Source: an uncultured candidate division Zixibacteria bacterium (lineage in GTDB: Bacteria > Zixibacteria > MSB-5A5 > GN15 > FEB-12). From it: a DNA stretch of 64,000 nt. The translations under genes were made by a program, and so were the position numbers. Location: positions 3,360,001-3,424,000 of the forward strand of contig OY760907.1 in the NCBI GenBank assembly GCA_963664195.1, written 5' to 3'. Numbering within the stretch: the stretch's first letter is position 1; each line of letters starts with the position of its first letter. The notes under the pieces were generated by a model that was not told the origin of the DNA, searched no databases, and saw only the letters and a program-made list of their open reading frames with translations. This document shows positions 10,002-19,808 of the stretch, piece after piece.

Positions 10002-10556
10002 CTATGCGTCCCTCATAGCTTCTTCTATCACCTCGACCGACAGTCCCGAGTGCCGTGCTATCGCCTGGATATCACCGTCGACTCGCTCTGCAAGTTTGCG
10101 TACATATTCTCTTTCGAAAAGTGCTCGTGCCTGCTCGAACGGCTCAGTGAGCAGCAGAGCCTCCGCCAGGACGGCATTGCACCGAATGGCCTGCAGTTGC
10201 AGGGCACGCTCCACTGCAATAATAATCTGTTCCTTCTTGAACGGCTTGGTAATGTAGTGGAATACCCCCATCTGCATAGCCTCGGTAGCACTATCCAGAG
10301 AACCAAACGCGGTCATGATAATGACTTCCTCGCGGCGGTTATTTTCCCTGACATGTTTCAAGATGTCAAGACCATCCATGCCTGCCATCTTGAGATCACT
10401 GATGATCAGGTCGTACTCGTGTTGTTCCAGCAACTCGGGCACTTCGAGCGAGTTGTTGGTTGTGGCAATTCGATAAGATGTCTTCTCCGTAATGATTCGT
10501 TCGAGCAAACGCAGCATTGCCGGCTCATCATCGACAGCCAATATTCTCGGCTTCAC
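10002..10556 (-). CDS. Response regulator: NtrC-type receiver plus short Fis-like HTH, no AAA+ domain
   Basis: ILAVDDE, DLIISDLKMAGMDG, IMTAFG, YITKPF; C-terminal FEREY...GDI..AR.SGL. GTG start overlaps the kinase stop. Confidence 0.88.
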   Translation of the reverse strand: MKPRILAVDDEPAMLRLLERIITEKTSYRIATTNNSLEVPELLEQHEYDLIISDLKMAGMDGLDILKHVRENNRREEVIIMTAFGSLDSATEAMQMGVFHYITKPFKKEQIIIAVERALQLQAIRCNAVLAEALLLTEPFEQARALFEREYVRKLAERVDGDIQAIARHSGLSVEVIEEAMRDA

Positions 10557-11977
10557 CCATCGCCTCCTCTCACAGCGTTCCGGTCGTTGAGTACAGGCAT
10601 AGATACGGTGAAAACGGTACCCGCGGGTCGACCGGGACTGTCTTCCTGTGACACGCTCTCGAATGTCAGATCGCCCCCGTACTTCTGTACGATACCGTAT
10701 GACAACGACAGCCCCAGCCCCGTCCCCTGCCCAACCTCTTTCGTGGTGAAAAACGGATCGAATACTCGTGGCTTGATCCTATTCGGTATTCCGGTTCCGG
10801 TATCCTGAACATGCACTCGCAGCCAATCATCATCCGCCTCGGCAGAAATCGTGAGCGTCCCCCCCTTTTCTTCCATCGCCGCCGTGGCGTTAGTGATCAG
10901 ATTGAAGATCACCTGCTGGAATTCGCGGGTATCGCCACCCACCGGTGGCAGATTCTCCCGAAAGTCGGTTATCACTTCTATCTTTTTTGTCATGAGCGTA
11001 GTCTTAGCGATCTTCAGAACCGTGTCAAGAGCAGAGGCCGGTGAGATAACATCACCCAAACCCTCTGTTACCCGTGCAAATCCAAGCAAGTTCTCCACTA
11101 TCGACCTGGCGTGATTGGCGTTGGACTCGATCATCTCAAGATCTTCGTAGGTTGATGAGCCTTCAGCATACCTCTCTTTGAGAAGGTCTGTCAGGCCGAG
11201 AATGATGGCAAGCGGATTGTTTATTTCGTGCGCCACTCCTGCTGCCAGTATCCCGATCGACGCCAGCTTCTCCGCGTTATAGATGTGCTTATCCATTTCG
11301 ACTTTCTCAGTCACATCTTTGACGATTGCAGCACTTCCGACGGGCTTGCCCACCTGGTCGCAGATCAAGGTACGGGATATGGCAACTGTCACGCGACGGC
11401 CGTCTTTGGCAAGGCGCTGGGTTTCATAGTTGCTCAGATGTCCCTTCTGGTAAACCTCATCCCAAATGCGATCCAGATCCTTGCTCTGGACGAGTTCAGG
11501 CGGCACCAGATGGTAAAAGTGCCTGCCGACCATTTCGTCGGCTGTGTACCCGAAGATCATCTCGGCACCACGGTTCCACATGCGCACACGATTGTCGTTG
11601 TCGATGAATATGATCGCGTCGACCGAATTCTGAACAATCGCCGTCAGCCAGCGCTCCTGTTCCGTCAGACGTTTCTTAAGTGCGCCCGACACTCTGCGTT
11701 GATAGTCGGCAACCAACAGCGCGAAACCGAAAATCGACACGATCATGGCAATCTCAACCAGCAGATGACGATTGTGAAACTCGGTGACGATTTGACGGAG
11801 TTCGATTTTATCGACAGGGCCCGTCAACTGATCAGTAATGCTCGCCGTCTCGACATGAACAGCATACAGAGCGGCTCCGAGTACCAGGAACAGGGCTACC
11901 GAGCTGACCGGAAGAAAGTAATTTGAGGAGAGAATCTTGTAGACAATCCCTCTTGGGCGTGAACCCGTGGATGTCAT
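10553..11977 (-). CDS. Membrane PAS-domain sensor histidine kinase (NtrB-like)
   Basis: Two TM segments, PAS (WNRGAE.IFGY), H-box AGVAHEINNPL, N-box NLITNA, DTGTGI, FDPFFTTK, GTGLGL. ATG 11977 overlaps the upstream stop (ATGA). Confidence 0.92.
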   Translation of the reverse strand: MTSTGSRPRGIVYKILSSNYFLPVSSVALFLVLGAALYAVHVETASITDQLTGPVDKIELRQIVTEFHNRHLLVEIAMIVSIFGFALLVADYQRRVSGALKKRLTEQERWLTAIVQNSVDAIIFIDNDNRVRMWNRGAEMIFGYTADEMVGRHFYHLVPPELVQSKDLDRIWDEVYQKGHLSNYETQRLAKDGRRVTVAISRTLICDQVGKPVGSAAIVKDVTEKVEMDKHIYNAEKLASIGILAAGVAHEINNPLAIILGLTDLLKERYAEGSSTYEDLEMIESNANHARSIVENLLGFARVTEGLGDVISPASALDTVLKIAKTTLMTKKIEVITDFRENLPPVGGDTREFQQVIFNLITNATAAMEEKGGTLTISAEADDDWLRVHVQDTGTGIPNRIKPRVFDPFFTTKEVGQGTGLGLSLSYGIVQKYGGDLTFESVSQEDSPGRPAGTVFTVSMPVLNDRNAVRGGDG

Positions 11978-14523
11978 CGACTCCCCTTCCCCGGTTTGTC
12001 GTAACCGAGCTTCCGGATGATGTCCTCTGTATACCACTTTGTCACGTTGGCGTTGGATAGCGCCATATCAAGCTGTTTGGTGAGCATAGTGAGGCGCCCG
12101 AGATCGTGCAACCGCTTGTAAAGCACCTCGGATTTCTGATAGGCGAGTCGTGTATCGAGGAAGTCACCCTTGCTGTGATGCTCAAACCCGACCGATGACA
12201 GTACATCCCGTATAAGACGGATTCGTCGCGAACGACGCTCCACCGAGGCTCCGCCCTCTTTGTATTGCATCCGCACATAGTTTTTGCCCGGCTCCTCAGT
12301 ACACATGGCTTCGACAGTCATGAAGTGGTATCCCATACGCAGGCTGAGAATCATATACTCCTGACTGAGAATAGCGAAACTTGTCTCAGAAAAATCCTCT
12401 CGCTGGCCATCCGCTACCGTGGTACCGAGAACACTCATGAATCCGCGTGTGTTTATGGTCGGTACTGAAGGCCAGCCTTGATGCTTCACCCCGGCCCAGA
12501 ACTGACGCATCGGTTCAGACGCGACATCCTCTTCCTCGACCCACTCCTGTTTGGCATAAGTGTGATAGTCCTGATCAACGTAGATGATATTGACTTTCAG
12601 AGGGATATTGCTTTTCAATCTTACCGCGATCTGGTCTTTGCACTCGATATTCAGACCGCCCTCAAACATCTCGTCTATCGCTCTTTGGTGACAGAATCGA
12701 GTGATATCGTGAAATGTGCGGCACTGCTCGGCAACAAAGTTAGGCGAATTCGGATGAATCAGATTCAGCGGCGAAATGTAGTTGAGAATCTCTTCGAGCA
12801 TGTTGAAAATCGCCATATCGCTGAATAGCTCGTACTCGGGCCGACGCGCCTCGATGAGCTCTTGATGCACTCCAGCATAGATGACAGCCGAGGTGGCATC
12901 GACCGTTACCACCTGTCCTTGCGGCAAGTCCATCGCGGAAGTCACCGCGCCCAGAGTCGGGATGCGATATTCGCGGGCCACTGTGGCCATGTGGTTGGCC
13001 GCTCCCCCGGTTTCAGTGACGATGGCGCTCGCTCTGGGCATCACGGTTATCAGACCGGGGAAGGTGTGCGGCGCAACCAGCACCGCCCCATCAGGAACTC
13101 CGGGAAGATCGCCCGTTGTATGGACATGGTACACCGGGCCTCCGCCCGCCCCGGGACATACCGTATCCCCCTCTGCGACGATTAGCTCGTAGGAAGACAC
13201 ATCCGGACCATCGTCCTTGGTCGGTCTGACGACATGCAGCGGACGAGTCTGGAGTATTGCCAATTTGCCGGCTTGATCAATGGCCCACTCAATATCCTGC
13301 GGGGCATCGTAGTGCTCCTCGATTCTAAGGGCGCACTCGGTCAGCGCCAGCAACTCTTCTTCACTCACCGACGGCTGATCCTGCATCTCTGCAGGCACAT
13401 CCTCGCAAGCGGTGCCCCCGCTTTTCTTATCCAGGACAAGTCTCACCGGTTTGTGGGCTATCTGACTTCTGAAAACTGCTTTCTTCTCGCGCGAGACACA
13501 GAAGATGTCCGGAGTAAGTGTTCCGTCGACAAGATACTTGCCCAGACCGTAGATTGAGTTGACCAGTACGCAGTCGTTGCCCGAGTGAACCGGATCCTGA
13601 GTATATATCACACCGCTCGCCCGCACGTCCAGCATAACAACACATCCCACACTCATCGCCAACTCGGATTCGGAAAGGTCATGGCTCAAGTAGTAGTAAA
13701 TCGCTTGCGGCGTGAATTTGCTGGCGACAACTTTGCGATAATTCTCCACAACCTCATCAAGCCCGATGTTGAGGAAGGTGGCGTATTGTCCGGCAAAACT
13801 ATACTCGGTGTCTTCGCCAATTGCACTCGATCGAAGCGAAAACTGCGTTGCGCCCGAACGTTTCGAGAGTGCATCTGCCTCGGCGGCAATGGCCCCGGCC
13901 AGTTTCTGCGGAATCTCCGCCTCACGTACCATCGCCTGTATCTCGTCGGATACCTGCACCAGATGCGCCAGTTCAGTCGGGTCCAGTTTGTCCAGACGAC
14001 GGCTGATTCGATCCTGCAGACCGTTATGATCCAGAAACGCTTTGTAAGCCCAACCGCTGACAGCAAAACCGTCAGGTACACTGAGTCCCAGGCGTGACTT
14101 CAGCTCGCCCAACTGGGCGTTTTTGGAGCCGACACTGCACGCCCTTTGCCGACAGAGGCGGTCAAATGGGATAGTGAAATCGTCGGACCCCAGGGAACGA
14201 CATCCGGGCAGAATGGCGTCGATCTTGCCGTTTATTTCGCTGTACACGGAGGTCAGCGGAAGATACTTCTGTCCGCCGAGCGCAACCATCTCCTCAATCA
14301 AGCCGCGAACACCTGCCCTGATCTCCAACAAACTGGCACGAATGTAGTTGATATCGAAAAGGAATTCCCCCTGAGACTTCTCCTCCATGTCGCTCAGTAT
14401 TTTGAGCACCCGGTTGTTTTGATCCAACAGGGAAAGAAAATGGGAGAATTTTGCCTGAATTGCCTCCAACACCCGGTGGGAATCCTCGGGGCTATCGACA
14501 AACAGGTTTCGGAGCCAATTCAT
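11974..14523 (-). CDS. PEP/pyruvate-dikinase-like protein (ATP-grasp plus phospho-His swivel domain, atypical C-terminal domain)
   Basis: VGSKNAQLGEL, VPDGFA, RSSAIGED...SFAGQY, PQDIEWA...ILQTRPL and GGAANHMATVAREYRIP; the C-terminal PEP-binding TIM barrel of PpsA is not recognisable. Confidence 0.85.
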   Translation of the reverse strand: MNWLRNLFVDSPEDSHRVLEAIQAKFSHFLSLLDQNNRVLKILSDMEEKSQGEFLFDINYIRASLLEIRAGVRGLIEEMVALGGQKYLPLTSVYSEINGKIDAILPGCRSLGSDDFTIPFDRLCRQRACSVGSKNAQLGELKSRLGLSVPDGFAVSGWAYKAFLDHNGLQDRISRRLDKLDPTELAHLVQVSDEIQAMVREAEIPQKLAGAIAAEADALSKRSGATQFSLRSSAIGEDTEYSFAGQYATFLNIGLDEVVENYRKVVASKFTPQAIYYYLSHDLSESELAMSVGCVVMLDVRASGVIYTQDPVHSGNDCVLVNSIYGLGKYLVDGTLTPDIFCVSREKKAVFRSQIAHKPVRLVLDKKSGGTACEDVPAEMQDQPSVSEEELLALTECALRIEEHYDAPQDIEWAIDQAGKLAILQTRPLHVVRPTKDDGPDVSSYELIVAEGDTVCPGAGGGPVYHVHTTGDLPGVPDGAVLVAPHTFPGLITVMPRASAIVTETGGAANHMATVAREYRIPTLGAVTSAMDLPQGQVVTVDATSAVIYAGVHQELIEARRPEYELFSDMAIFNMLEEILNYISPLNLIHPNSPNFVAEQCRTFHDITRFCHQRAIDEMFEGGLNIECKDQIAVRLKSNIPLKVNIIYVDQDYHTYAKQEWVEEEDVASEPMRQFWAGVKHQGWPSVPTINTRGFMSVLGTTVADGQREDFSETSFAILSQEYMILSLRMGYHFMTVEAMCTEEPGKNYVRMQYKEGGASVERRSRRIRLIRDVLSSVGFEHHSKGDFLDTRLAYQKSEVLYKRLHDLGRLTMLTKQLDMALSNANVTKWYTEDIIRKLGYDKPGKGSR

Positions 14524-14783
14524 GGGTCACGTTCTCCAACAATAGCCGCAGGTCATGGAATCAGCGAGCAGCGACCACAGCGTGGCCGCGCAATTGCAGG
14601 CAATATCCGCGACCTTTCAGGAAAAATCAACAGGAATCGTACCCGCCCCCGGGCCGTACTCTCGTGTCAGCTCACGCGAAGTATCCAAACCGACCTTCGG
14701 CGATGACACTATCTTGAGCCTCTGATCCCTTCAACGTGGACCGGTCACATCCGGGAAGGAAACACGGAACCCGGCATAAACCC

Positions 14784-14811
14784 TTGACGTTCAGTGGATA
14801 AAATGTATATT
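14784..14811 (+). promoter_or_regulatory. sigma70-type promoter candidate for the M4 gene
   Basis: TTGACG-N16-TATATT. Confidence 0.55.
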
Positions 14812-15040
14812 TGCTCCATAGGTAGGCATATGTGGTCCTCCCTCACACCGCCACTTACTGCAAATGCCGTTAGCGACAGAAGGAATCGTTAGTACATACG
14901 CAGCACGACACGATAGCAAGCGCTGTCAAGTCGTTCAGTTTTGTCTGGCATACTTCTCGATACTGCCGATAGCCTTACAAGGTATGCCAAACGACAACTG
15001 AATTGTTGCATTACACATCATTTGAACCGGATTGGAAGTA

Positions 15041-18000
15041 ATGAACTACAAACCACACCAGATCAGTCGAATCCTGTCATCGGACAGAATGCTAAGCGGG
15101 ATTATCGCACTGACTCTTATTCTCTCCATGGCCCTCGCTCCCGCCTTGTTTGCGGGACAGGAAAACAACTCCACCGCAAAAGCTAAGCAGATCCGGAATG
15201 TCGAGCGAATCGACACCTTCATGGAAGCCAAGAACGGCGTCCCGCGATATGTTGAGGGCGTTCTGTCGGCTCCGACTGCGGCATCCAATCAAGTGAATGC
15301 GGCACTGACGTATTTGCAGAACAATGAAAATGTGTATAAACTGACGAACGCAGCCCGTGACATGCAAGTCAGTCGCATTATCGAGGATGACCTCGGCATG
15401 CGGCACATTCGATTCCAGCAGCGTTTTGAGGGTCTCCCGGTTATCGGTCAGGAGATGATTGCACACTTCGGCTCAGACGGAATTCTGAAGACTGTCAACG
15501 GCACCATCGAACCAAAGATCAAACTCGATACGGCTCCCGACATTCAGACACCCGAAGCAGTTTCCATCGCCGACGCGGACCTCCGGAGTTTCTTTGGTCC
15601 GGGCGAACCAAACACGCCGGAGTTGGTCATCTTTCCCTGGGAAGGGACCACGTATCTTGCCTGGCGGATGTTCTTGTACTCCAACTCTCCGATGGGACGC
15701 TGGGAGTACTTCATCGACGCTCACACCGGCGAGGTGATCTACAAAGCCAACCGCGTGATGCAAGACACCAGGGACAACGACATTGGTACTGGTACCAGCG
15801 TCATGGGAGACGCACGGAATCATATCGACACTGATTACAACGGCAGCACGTACGACATGATCGACGAGACCCGCCAGACGTCGAACAATCCCCACGGTCA
15901 CGACGGTCAGATGCCGTCCGGCGAGGATATCCGCACTTACATCGCCAGCTCAAGTCTTCCGGGAACGCTGGCAACCGACGGAGACAACGTCTGGAACACT
16001 ACCGAGCAGGCAGCGGCTGTAGACGGCCATGTGTACAGCGCCCTCGTCTACGACTATTGGCTACGGGAGTTCGGTCGCAACAGTTTCGACGACAACGGTT
16101 CAACCATGCAGGTCAGTGTCAACTACAGTGCTGAAGGTGACAACAACGCGTACTGGAACGGCTCACAGATTGTCATATGGAGCTATGGCACCGGCTGGCG
16201 CTCCCTCGCCGGTTGTCCGGACGTGATTGCTCACGAGTGGGGTCACGCAGTAACCGAAAACTGTTCAAGCCTCGCCTATCAGAAAGAATCCGGCGCTCTC
16301 AACGAGTCGTTCTCCGACATGATGGGCGCAGCATTTGAGTGGGCACATGACTCGCTCGACACGCCTGATTGGGGAATGGGCGAAAACGGTCGCACCAGCG
16401 GCGAGCCGTTCCGCTCCATGTCGGAGCCACACGACTACGGTGATCCCGATTTCTACGGCACCTCTGATCCGAACTGGATCGATGTCGAGGGCTGTTCTCC
16501 CTCATATTACAACGATTACTGCGGCGTTCACACCAACAGCGGTGTCGGCAACAAGTGGTTCTACCTGCTCTCAGACGGCGGCACACACCACAGCGTAACC
16601 GTCACCGGTATTGACGTTGACAACGCCATCCAGATAGCCTATCGCGCCAATCAACTATACTGGGGGGTCAACACTACGTATCATGAAGCTGCGCTCGCGA
16701 CTATCACCGCAGCAAACGATCTCGACGGCACCGGCGCCTGGGCTTTGCAGGTTGCCAACGCCTGGAATGCTGTTGGCGTATCTACCCCGCTCCCGGGGCT
16801 TTCATTTACGTACACAACAGGCGCACCTGAGACAACTTTGCCGGGTCAAACCACTACTTTTGAAGTAGTGGTCAGCTCGTACCTTGGCGGTGTACCGATC
16901 TCAGGCACCGGCCAACTTCACTACAAACTCAACGGTGGCGCTCTCCAGACGACCTCAATGACAGAGACTGTGACCAACACGTACGACGCCGTTCTCCCGG
17001 CCATGAATTGCGGCGACGCGCTTGAGTATTATGTCAGCGCCGAAGAGTCAACCTACGGTCGCCTTTATGATCCAGACCCTGCCTCGCCTCGCACAGCGGT
17101 ACCCTCGACGGGCACAGTTACTGCGTTCAGCGATGGCTTCGAAACTGACCTGGGGTGGACTGCCAACGGACTGTGGCAGCGCGGTACGCCAGCCGGTGCC
17201 GGTGGTGATCACGGCAATCCTGACCCGTCGAGCGCCCATACTGGAAGTAATGTCTTTGGCTACAATCTGTCCGGTGACTACGGAAGCAGCCTCTCGGAAA
17301 CACACCTTACTTCGCCTGCCATAGACTGTTCGGATCTGGCAAATGTGAGCCTCACTTTCTGGCGCTGGCTTGGGGTCGAGCAGCCTCAGTACGACCATGC
17401 CTACATTCGCGCTTCTAACGACGGCTCTTCCTGGACAACTCTGTGGGAGAACGAGACCGAGGTCACAGATGACGCCTGGACCGAAATCGAGCTGGACCTG
17501 TCCTCTGTGGCAGACGGTCAGCCCACAGTCTATCTGCGCTGGACGATGGGTACCTCGGACGGAAGCTGGCAGTACTGCGGGTGGAACATCGACGACGTGG
17601 AACTGACCGGTACTGAATGCTCCTCACTGCAGGACTCTGACGGTGACGGTGTCGCCGATGCAATTGACAACTGCCCTGACGACTACAATCCGTTACAGGA
17701 AGATGACGATTCCGATACGTTTGGCGCAGCCTGTGACTGCGACGATACAAACGAGGATATCAATCCGAATACCGTATGGTATCAGGATTCTGATAGCGAC
17801 ACGTACGGCAATCCTTCTGTCTCACTGACACAGTGTGAACAACCTACCGGCTATGTACTTGACGACAGCGATTGTGATGACACAGACGCCGGAATCAACC
17901 CCACCACCGTCTGGTACCAGGATTCCGACAGCGACACCTACGGCAATCCTTCTGTCTCACTAACACAGTGTGAGCAACCTACCGGCTATGTACTTGATGA

Positions 18001-19594
18001 CAGCGACTGTGATGACACGGACGCCGGAATCAACCCGACTACAGTCTGGTATCAGGATTTCGACAGCGATACTTTTGGCAACTCTTCAGTCTCGTTAACA
18101 CAGTGCGAACAGCCAACGGGATACGTTCTCGATGATTCGGACTGCGACGATACCAACGCGGGGCTGAATCCAAACACCGTCTGGTATCAAGACTCCGATA
18201 GCGACACCTACGGTGATGCCGCTGAAACGTTGACTCAGTGTGAGCAACCCGATGGTTACGTGCCTGACAACACCGACTGTGATGACACAGACGGCGCAAT
18301 CAACCCGACTACAATCTGGTACGAAGACGCCGACAGTGACACGTTCGGTAATCCAACTGTCAGCCTCACGCAATGCGATCAGCCGACCGGCTATGTGTTG
18401 GACAACACCGATTGCGATGACACAAACGGTGCGGCCAATCCAAACGCCATCTGGTACGAAGATGCTGACAGTGACACATATGGTAATCCAGATGTGAGCC
18501 TCACGCAGTGTGAACAGCCAACGGGATACGTTCTCGATGATTCAGATTGTGACGACACTAGCGCCGACATCAATCCCACTACCGTGTGGTATGCAGACAC
18601 CGACAGCGACACCTACGGTGATGCCGCTGAAACGTTGACTCAGTGTGCGCAACCCGATGGTTACGTGGCCGACAATACCGACTGTGATGACACAAACGCC
18701 GCGATCAATCCGACTACAGTCTGGTACGAGGACGCTGACAGCGACACTTTCGGTAATCCTGCTGTCAGCCTCACACAATGCGATCAGCCGACCGGCTATG
18801 TGTTGGACAACACCGATTGCGATGACACAAACGGTGCGGCCAATCCAAACGCCATCTGGTACGAAGATGCTGACAGTGACACATACGGTAATCCAGATGT
18901 GAGCCTCACGCAGTGTGAACAGCCAACGGGATACGTTCTGGATGATTCAGATTGTGACGACACTAGCGCCGACATCAATCCCACTACCGTGTGGTATGCC
19001 GACACCGACAGCGACACTTACGGTGATGCCGCTGCAACGTTGACTCAGTGCGCGCAACCCGATGGTTACGTGGCCGACAATACCGACTGTGATGACACCA
19101 ATGGCGAGATTCATCCGGAGACAATCTGGTACATAGATGTCGACGGCGACGGCTATGGCACCACGGCGGCCACGCAGACCGGGTGCGAACAGCCCACCGG
19201 ATTCGTTCTTGTGGACGGAGACAACTGTTGGGCCAGTCATAACCCGGATCAGGCTGACGGCGACCTCGACGGCTTTGGCGACGCCTGTGACAACTGTGTA
19301 GACGACTTCAACCCGGACCAGGCTGATGCAAACGAGGATGGCATCGGCGACGTCTGTCAGACCTGTTGCACCGGCCCTTCGGTGGGCAATGTTGATGCCT
19401 CGCCGGACAATCTGGTGACGATGGGCGATCTCACGGTATTGATCGACCACCTCTTCATCTCGCTCGCGCCGCTCCAGTGTGTCGATGAGGGCAATACTGA
19501 TATGAGCGAGGACGGTCTGGTGACGATGGGTGATCTCACGCTGCTGATCGACCATCTCTTCATCACGCTCGACCCGCTCCCGGCATGTCCGTAG
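15041..19594 (+). CDS. Secreted M4 (thermolysin-like) metallopeptidase with propeptide, Ig-like and jelly-roll modules, Asp/Cys repeats, TSP3-like repeats and a dockerin-like tail
   Basis: FTP/PepSY propeptide (HIRFQQ...G.PV.G; Y.IDA.TGE), NNAYWNG, HEWGH, GALNESFSD, GVHTNSGV.N; tail at 19364-19594. Start may be 15041 or the next ATG. Confidence 0.92.
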   Translation: MNYKPHQISRILSSDRMLSGIIALTLILSMALAPALFAGQENNSTAKAKQIRNVERIDTFMEAKNGVPRYVEGVLSAPTAASNQVNAALTYLQNNENVYKLTNAARDMQVSRIIEDDLGMRHIRFQQRFEGLPVIGQEMIAHFGSDGILKTVNGTIEPKIKLDTAPDIQTPEAVSIADADLRSFFGPGEPNTPELVIFPWEGTTYLAWRMFLYSNSPMGRWEYFIDAHTGEVIYKANRVMQDTRDNDIGTGTSVMGDARNHIDTDYNGSTYDMIDETRQTSNNPHGHDGQMPSGEDIRTYIASSSLPGTLATDGDNVWNTTEQAAAVDGHVYSALVYDYWLREFGRNSFDDNGSTMQVSVNYSAEGDNNAYWNGSQIVIWSYGTGWRSLAGCPDVIAHEWGHAVTENCSSLAYQKESGALNESFSDMMGAAFEWAHDSLDTPDWGMGENGRTSGEPFRSMSEPHDYGDPDFYGTSDPNWIDVEGCSPSYYNDYCGVHTNSGVGNKWFYLLSDGGTHHSVTVTGIDVDNAIQIAYRANQLYWGVNTTYHEAALATITAANDLDGTGAWALQVANAWNAVGVSTPLPGLSFTYTTGAPETTLPGQTTTFEVVVSSYLGGVPISGTGQLHYKLNGGALQTTSMTETVTNTYDAVLPAMNCGDALEYYVSAEESTYGRLYDPDPASPRTAVPSTGTVTAFSDGFETDLGWTANGLWQRGTPAGAGGDHGNPDPSSAHTGSNVFGYNLSGDYGSSLSETHLTSPAIDCSDLANVSLTFWRWLGVEQPQYDHAYIRASNDGSSWTTLWENETEVTDDAWTEIELDLSSVADGQPTVYLRWTMGTSDGSWQYCGWNIDDVELTGTECSSLQDSDGDGVADAIDNCPDDYNPLQEDDDSDTFGAACDCDDTNEDINPNTVWYQDSDSDTYGNPSVSLTQCEQPTGYVLDDSDCDDTDAGINPTTVWYQDSDSDTYGNPSVSLTQCEQPTGYVLDDSDCDDTDAGINPTTVWYQDFDSDTFGNSSVSLTQCEQPTGYVLDDSDCDDTNAGLNPNTVWYQDSDSDTYGDAAETLTQCEQPDGYVPDNTDCDDTDGAINPTTIWYEDADSDTFGNPTVSLTQCDQPTGYVLDNTDCDDTNGAANPNAIWYEDADSDTYGNPDVSLTQCEQPTGYVLDDSDCDDTSADINPTTVWYADTDSDTYGDAAETLTQCAQPDGYVADNTDCDDTNAAINPTTVWYEDADSDTFGNPAVSLTQCDQPTGYVLDNTDCDDTNGAANPNAIWYEDADSDTYGNPDVSLTQCEQPTGYVLDDSDCDDTSADINPTTVWYADTDSDTYGDAAATLTQCAQPDGYVADNTDCDDTNGEIHPETIWYIDVDGDGYGTTAATQTGCEQPTGFVLVDGDNCWASHNPDQADGDLDGFGDACDNCVDDFNPDQADANEDGIGDVCQTCCTGPSVGNVDASPDNLVTMGDLTVLIDHLFISLAPLQCVDEGNTDMSEDGLVTMGDLTLLIDHLFITLDPLPACP
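17780..19220 (+). repeat. Coding tandem repeat: ten 135-nt (45-aa) units plus a partial unit, with 405-nt higher-order periodicity
   Basis: Unit Y.D.DSDT(Y/F)G......TQC.QP.GYV.D..DCDDT....NP...W starts at 17780 and every 135 nt to 19130; units 5-7 are nearly identical to units 8-10. Confidence 0.95.
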
Positions 19595-19615
19595 TCTCTC
19601 AGAAGAACACGATTC

Positions 19616-19649
19616 AAGGGCCGGTTCTCGTATCAGAACCGGCCCTTTT
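19616..19649 (+). terminator. Rho-independent terminator
   Basis: aagggccggttct-cgtatc-agaaccggccctt plus tt; perfect 13-bp stem. Confidence 0.85.
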
Positions 19650-19808
19650 CGTTACTAAGTCACAACTTCAGTCCAGGTCCTACTTGACAAAATGGGTATC
19701 CGACGATATTATTGGAGTAGAGTACACAGCAATTGAACGGCGTCCACCATATTGGACCCCATTAATCGGGAGACCAGAACCTCCCACGCCAAACGAGGCG
19801 AGGATCAT

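Noticed and set aside
11974..14523. Calling this gene ppsA or rifampin phosphotransferase
   Set aside because: No recognisable PEP-binding barrel, and the His domain is central rather than C-terminal as in Rph.
17780..19220. 135-nt (and 63-nt at 46514) periodic repeats as a CRISPR array
   Set aside because: Unit lengths are multiples of 3, in frame within CDSs, with no unique spacers and no cas genes.
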